Positions 54,519 through 63,792 of a stretch of 63,792 nucleotides of DNA are shown here, piece after piece. The stretch comes from Fimicolochytrium jonesii (Eukaryota), in assembly GCF_025526975.1 (NCBI RefSeq), contig NW_026515673.1, forward strand, positions 1,054,001 to 1,117,792, in the 5' to 3' direction. Position 1 is the stretch's first letter, and the number at the start of each line of letters is the position of its first letter. The notes beneath the pieces are model-generated. The model ran no database searches and had not been told where the DNA came from. It was given only the letters and a program-made list of their open reading frames with translations. The translations under genes and the position numbers were made by a program.

Positions 54519-55948
54519 ATGGCTGCCATTACCATGGCCACCCTCGACGGGGACATTTGTCCCGTCTGCAAGTCAGACAGATACTTGAACCCGCATATGA
54601 AGCTCCTTGTCAGTCCTTGTTTCCACAAAATGTACGGTCTTCAACGTCCAATTGTTTTGCTGTGGCACTCTCTGACTCGTTTTGATCTTGTTTTGAACGT
54701 GTGTGGAATGAAGGTGCGAAACGTGCATCAACCGACTCTTCTTGCAAGGCGCCGCACCATGTCCTATCTGCAAAGCCATCTTGAAAAAACAAAACTTTGT
54801 CGCACAAACGTTTGAGGACTTGTATGTGGAGAAGGAGGTGCAAATCCGGAAGCAGATTGCAAGAATGTGAGTTGAGTTGTGCACAGCGTGTGCACCCGTG
54901 GCGGGAAATGGAGGCATCCTCTACCCATCCTACATCTGTGGCTGATTGTTTTCGCTCATCAAGATATAACAAGCGGTTAGAGGACTTCAAGGGCAATTTG
55001 AAAGCGTTTAACGACTATCTGGAAGAAGTAGAAGAAATCCGTATGTGGGCTCCCCGAGCATTTTTCTCGTTGAACCAGACGGTTTCACTGGCAAATCACA
55101 CTGAGCCCTCATCATCTTCCAGTGTTCAATCTGATAAACGAAGTAGATGTGAAAGAAACGCGAGAACGCGTGAAGAAGTACGAAGCAGAAAACAGGGATA
55201 CCATATCGGCAAACATCCAAAAGCAGGTGGGATCATGAGAAGCTCAGTCAACACCTCTAAGAGGTCCGAGCTAATATGCTCACATGCCAATTTCCTGTGG
55301 TTAGATCATCGAGGATCGGACGGTGCAAGGTCGATTAGAGCGCGAGAAGAAAGAAAAGATTATTCGACGAGAGACCTACGAGCAGGCGATCATCGAGGAC
55401 GCTAGAGTGAAGAAACAAGCCAAGGATGATATCATCAATCGACTCGTAAGTGATGAGCTAAGTCGTTCGACGACGATACAGAAGCACGCCTTCCCTAACA
55501 GTTGTCCACACAGGCGGACGAAGATACAGCAGCAAGCGACGTGATTGCCAATGCACAAGCCAACCGTCCGCGGGCAGTCGATATTGATCAGCTGCTGCAA
55601 CAACGCTTGCCTGCCGCATTTGTGGAGTCTGAAATAAACAGCTATGAAGAGATGGATGAGGAAGAAACGAGACCGTTTGATCCGATGGATTACAGTTACT
55701 CGCTACCTTCCTATACGACGGTTAAGGATGCCTACTACGACCCGTAAGTTCTCATACTTCTGCAGCATTGCATTCTAATCCCTAGCACGCTGGAGCTGAC
55801 CCCATGTTCGATGCGCAGATGGCAACGACATCTGCACTGGGAGGATCCCGAAAAGGCAACCAAGCTGAAAGCAAGCGGCTTCACCTCCAAGTTTGTGTAC
55901 CAACGCGCCGTGTTCTCGGCGTTCAATGGGATCTTTGCCGGACTATGA
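54519..55948 (+). CDS. TFB3: CDK-activating kinase assembly factor MAT1 / TFIIH subunit Tfb3, multi-exon
   Basis: RING CPVCKSDRYLNP..CFHKM|CETCINRLF..CPIC; FEDLYVEKEVQIRK; FNDYLEEVEEI; C-terminal ASGF..RAVFSAFNGIF; stop at 55948. Confidence 0.96.
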
Positions 55949-56774
55949 TCCTAGGGGGCACATATGAGGACTCTCAGTGGCTCGACGGCGGTTCATAGAC
56001 GGGTTGCCGTATAAGGTGGCATCGGTACGCCTCGGAGCCGCATTTTTGGCTAGAGTTAGTTCTACTATTAGCAAAGCAACGCGGCGTGCCGGACCTTTTG
56101 GAAAACCCTCATATCACTAGCAGGGTAGCTCTCCCACCATCCCCGTCTCCGTCAAGAAGCACCAGACTGCACATTGCTCGTCTCAAAGTAGAATAAACAT
56201 CTTATAATATGCAACGAAAAAACCGAAATGGAAGCCAAAGAGGTTGTAAGAGGTGTAGGAAGCGAAAGTGTGAGAGAAACACGGGAAACGGTATTCCGCA
56301 GCGGGGAGAGGAGGGTTCCGCCTCATGGGAATGGGTGTCAATCGATTGATGAAAAGAGGAACACAGCCTAACGTGGTCGTAGGTGGAGGTATACCGTCTG
56401 CAAAGGTGTAGGGAAGGTTGTGTGGTGTGTCGGAAGTAGTCCCACGAGGGAAGGAAGTCGTGGAAAGTGGAACGGATCAAAAGCGGATGTCTAGGTGGTG
56501 GAAGGGGAAATCGTCTGCAAATCGGAAGAGAGTGGGATGTTAGTGGAATGATCGTTTTGCGGACGATGGATCTCTGATCCTCCTCAATTCCTGCATGCCA
56601 TAGATCGCCGCATATCCATCCCACAGCGTCTCCCAACCGACCGCCACGCAGGTAGTCCCCTCCCATCTCATCGCCCGACCTGAAAAAAAAAAAGACGGAA
56701 AGCACAGATACCCACCTCCAGCAGGCCAAAAACCCCCCTCACGTCAATGGCCCCCGTGCGCGCCTTTCCCCCCA

Positions 56775-57766
56775 CTACAATATCGAGCACTTGGACCCTC
56801 CACTCTTCTTCTTTGTTTCCCGCCTCTTCCCGGGACTGCCGGCGGCCGTGCCCGTGTTTGGGAAGTATTTCCGGCATTCGCGGACTAGCGAGTGGAAGGA
56901 TTCTGTCACGTTTGTGTTGTCCTAAAATCACGGGAGGATCAATAATCGGATGAGCAGTTTGTTTGGGACCTGGAAAAGTGGGTTTCTTGTGTGGGGGCTG
57001 GACGCTGCGCACCTTTGCTGATGTCTTCAGCAGTGGGATCTTGTGTTGCTGGCAAAAAGCATCTACGGCCGCGTTATCGACTTCATGTTGCTCCTCCGGT
57101 AAATCCTAAAATTTCCCAAAGGCCCCCGTCAACACGGCGTTCCGTTCGTCCCACCCGGTCCACAACCATCCCAAAAATAACGGGAAAAACTCACGCATTT
57201 ATTCCCACAAACAACCAACGGCACCCTCTTCGTATCCTTCAACTTCACAATCTGCTCCCTGAGCTGCTTAACCTCCTCAAAGGTATGTTTATCGTTCACC
57301 GCAAAGACCAGCAGGAACCCTTTGCCGTCTTTCAGGTGCTGGTCTCGTAGGGCCGTGTACTCGTGTTGCCCTGCGGTGTCGATGATGTTGACTGTGCAGT
57401 TGGAGGCGTCGACTGTGATGTGCTTGCGGTAGTTTTCCTCTATTTGAGAAATGGGGGGAGGTGGGGGGTATCAGCGGCGGGGTCCTGTTTTGCGCGGGAC
57501 AACCCCACGTAAACGAATTTTTTGGAGAATGCGACGCGGGTTGGGAACTGACCTATCGTAGGGTCATAATCGTTCGTAAACTCATCCTTCAAAAACCGAA
57601 CGGTCAAACACGATTTGCCGACTCCTCCAGATCCCACCACCACCTGCGATCAATCATATCATTAAATGTCCGACCATCAGCCTCTCAAAAAAATAGACCC
57701 CGGTGTCATATCAAAATCGCATCAACGTACGAGCTCCTGTACTTCCTCGACCTCAGTCTTGGGCAT
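56775..57766 (-). CDS. Ras-family small GTPase with CAAX box, 5 exons
   Basis: G1 GSGGVGKS, effector YDPTI|EENY, G3 DTAGQHEY, G4 NKC|D, G5 TSAK, polybasic tail [12 protein letters not shown]. Confidence 0.94.
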
Positions 57767-58616
57767 GACGTGCGGGTCTGTACTGTTGTATGCGCAAGAC
57801 CGAAGGGGCCTGAACAAATTTCTTCAATCGGTGGTGTTCGAACGGGGCGGCGTGTCAGTTATGCGTGGGTGCGGCCCGTTCGTGAGGTTCTGCCCGGGTT
57901 GGTGGGGAATGTCGTCCTTTGATGGATGTGAGGTATTGGGTTGCAATTGATGGGTGTCTGTGGAACGAGCAAGTTTAATTAAGATGGGTTTCGCGGCCCG
58001 ATATTCTTCACCAACGGACTACAGATGCGTTCAAGCTAGCCATAGAAGCTGCAAGTCCCTCCCGCCACTGTTTCAATATCACAGAACCTCAACGCTGTTC
58101 GCGCCCACGGCAGCTAGCACCGGCTATCGATGTCGCACCCACGATGATCCACCCCAGGACCTGTCCCAGCGCAGCAACCTACAAGGTAGTATTATGCAGC
58201 AACAGCAAGCGTAAGTTTTCGGATTCGGTATACAAAAGTGGCGGCGGGAGTGCGAGTTTTTTTTGGAGCCAGGTATATAGCGTTTGCAGTCGGAACTGGA
58301 TGTAAGTTTGCTGTCCCGGATGCGTGCGTGATGTTGGCACTGTCGTTGGCTCTCGGTGTAGCCAGCGTGGTTTACGTTAACAAGGTTTTGCGGCTAAGCC
58401 AAAGTGGTGTGCCAGCCAGCCTGGGCGTCGAGAATCACATCCGTCTGTTGTTATTTTTAGCCGCCCGGGATTGGCGGGGTTAGCATTTGCAGCTTACGTA
58501 GCGTGTAAGTCACGTGTGGCGTCACTTAAGCGCATTTAAACTCGCTCACGCGTGGCCTCAATCCCGTCGTACGTTTCCTCAATCGTTTCCAGTTTCCCCA
58601 CGCAACGACAAAAACG

Positions 58617-58956
58617 ATGAAAGTGCATCTCAAAAAGTACACGGCCGTAGCAACCTGGTCCTGGGACGTGGGCGAGATCGGCGACGAAGAAACCTGTGGG
58701 ATCTGCTACAACCCTTTCGACGGGTGTTGTCCCGATTGCAAGATCCCTGGGGATGACTGTCCTTTAGGTAAGTGTGGGGCAATTTATACTTCGACACCTA
58801 TACGTGAGCGCAGTCCTGATTCTCTCTCTCATAGTCTGGGGAGAAATGCAAACACGTATTCCACATGCACTGCATCGGAAAAGTGGATCGGGAAAGAACA
58901 TTCGCGTGAAACAGTGTCCGATGGACAGGCGACCATGGCGAATCCGGTCCGATTGA
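58617..58956 (+). CDS. APC11: Anaphase-promoting complex RING subunit Apc11 (exon 2 has three apparent 1-nt insertions)
   Basis: VATWSWD..CGICYNPFDGCCPDCKIPGDDCPL, intron, then VWGE-CKHVFHMHCI-EKW..QCPMDRRPW once three extra bases are removed. Confidence 0.93.
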
Positions 58957-59858
58957 TGAGCTCCTATTCTCACGACACAGAAGGAAACTCATTTTTGGCG
59001 GAATCTGGGCATCCGGGGATGGGGCGATTGACAATGCGGACAGGGGGAAAGGCTAGGGGAAAAGTGGCAGCCCAAGAAAGGCTTCTTGATATCGGTGGCG
59101 GCCCGCCGGCGTTTTCAACGCTGCTATTCGACTTCAGCTCACGAACGGGGATAATGATCGGTTCCAAGAGCTTGCAAAGTGAGAGGACACATCCGAGCTC
59201 TGCGCGTCGGGACCGTACAAACGGTTCCCGATCACCGGATTCGAAAGACCTGCGGAAACCGCGAAAACGGGAGATTCTATCACGACCATATCGCCACCAG
59301 AACGCCGCGTTGACATTGTTGAGCCCAACACACATGAAGGCGCACACACATGAAGGCGCAGCACACACTGCAGCAACACCGCGGGCTCGTTCTGCCGCTC
59401 CAGGTCCCCGTCGTCACCTCAGCCGCGCGAAACAGGCGCTGGCTTACGAGAACCATTCGTGGCGCGTTAAGTGGTGTAGCCGGGATACACATCAGTACCT
59501 GGGGCAACAAGGGGATGGAATCGACCGAACGACTCTCATATGGGGATTTCTTCGTCATCGAAGGCTGCGCATCTCCACAGTTATATGTGATAAACCCCCG
59601 AAACCCTGTGATGGCGTATAATAAGCTACGGCACGTAATATGTAGCTCCGTTTCCATTATTCTTGCTTGTACTAAACGCAAATACGCAAACAAAACGCCC
59701 CACATTCCCACGACCTCTACCGAAGTGTACGCCCCCGAATGACAATGTCACAAGCTATCTACAATCGCCCATTCCTCTCATATCCGCTCTACACAAAAGG
59801 CTCGTCTCTAGTCTCTATCGAACCATCCCAGAACTCTACTCTCCCCCATCCACAGAAC

Positions 59859-63199
<3,341 letters not shown>

Positions 63200-63221
63200 G
63201 GCGGATAAAAAAGTTGAGACT

Positions 63222-63262
<41 letters not shown>
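63222..63262. repeat. 41-nt poly-G/poly-C tract just upstream of the ABZ1 start
   Basis: Direct observation. Similar 16-21 nt tracts at 2924-2940, 3110-3127, 3295-3310 and 3638-3658. Confidence 0.9.
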
Positions 63263-63263
<1 letters not shown>

Positions 63264-63792
63264 GTGTTGGAACGAGTTTGAGTGGACGAATGGACGAATG
63301 GTTCGAGTGAGGGAGCGGAGCGGGGGAAGCACCTGTCCAGCTCGAGCTATATATATGCTAGCTTTAGGTGGGGAGATCACCGATAGTCAGGTCAAGCTGA
63401 GCAACGCCGATGAAGCACCCCAAAACAGCGGAAGTAAAGTTATGCAGAGGGGGGAGTCAGGCAACGGGGTCCCCACTCTTTGGGCGGCGAGAACAAGAGA
63501 GAGAGAGATCCGAGAGAGGCAAGAGGACCCCTCCCACCCGTGTGTTTGCTACGTGCACCTCGCTACCCCGTAACATGGAAGAGGACACATCATCTGCAAG
63601 GGCCATGCTCAGTGTCTCCTGTTTTGCGCTGCTCGCCGTCTCACAGCCGTCTCAAGAGGTCTGTTTGTGGTCGACTCCAAGGGTCATCGCGTGAGGCGGT
63701 GGGTGACTTCCCACGCGAACAGACAGACACACAGACAGCGCCTGCCGCTCCTGGGAAAAAGGGAACCCCGACATCGCCTGACCTCGTTGGCA

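Noticed and set aside
59329..59360. Perfect 16-bp tandem duplication
   Set aside because: Simple slippage duplication with no further structure.
58617..59621. 334-aa ORF starting at APC11
   Set aside because: Read-through of the intron and indel errors; real APC11 is ~90 aa ending at 58956.

Overview
Eukaryotic, intron-containing, GC-rich genomic DNA, most consistent with an early-diverging (chytrid-like) fungus. This taxon call is inferred from gene content and fungal GT..CTAAC..AG introns. Conserved, intron-rich housekeeping genes sit at both ends: SEC31 and MsrA on the left; TFB3/MAT1, a Ras-family GTPase, APC11 and ABZ1 on the right. Between them lies a ~48 kb accessory stretch. It holds a DUF1206-like membrane protein, a Cache-like/HAMP receptor with no output domain, an ABCC transporter, an M1 aminopeptidase and a membrane protein with a degenerate HET-like domain. 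It also holds a bacterial-type alcohol dehydrogenase (horizontal-transfer candidate), an APD-like membrane protein, a secreted FAD oxidase, a TmcB-like protein and a Crinkler-N-like/TM/beta-propeller protein. At 44.6-54.3 kb is a nest of mobile DNA. It comprises a Helitron-like 3' end and a full-length but damaged Ty3/gypsy chromovirus with a self-priming PBS, a -1 frameshift signal and no target-site duplication, which abuts a DIRS/Ngaro-type RT fragment. Next to it is a compact, lower-GC block of orphan ORFs, tandem repeats and ACTACT termini that looks like the end of an endogenous Polinton/Maverick-like virus; this is the best candidate for something undescribed. Several essential genes carry single-base indels in homopolymers, so the assembly probably has indel errors. 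All family assignments are by-eye motif recognition; no searches were run.
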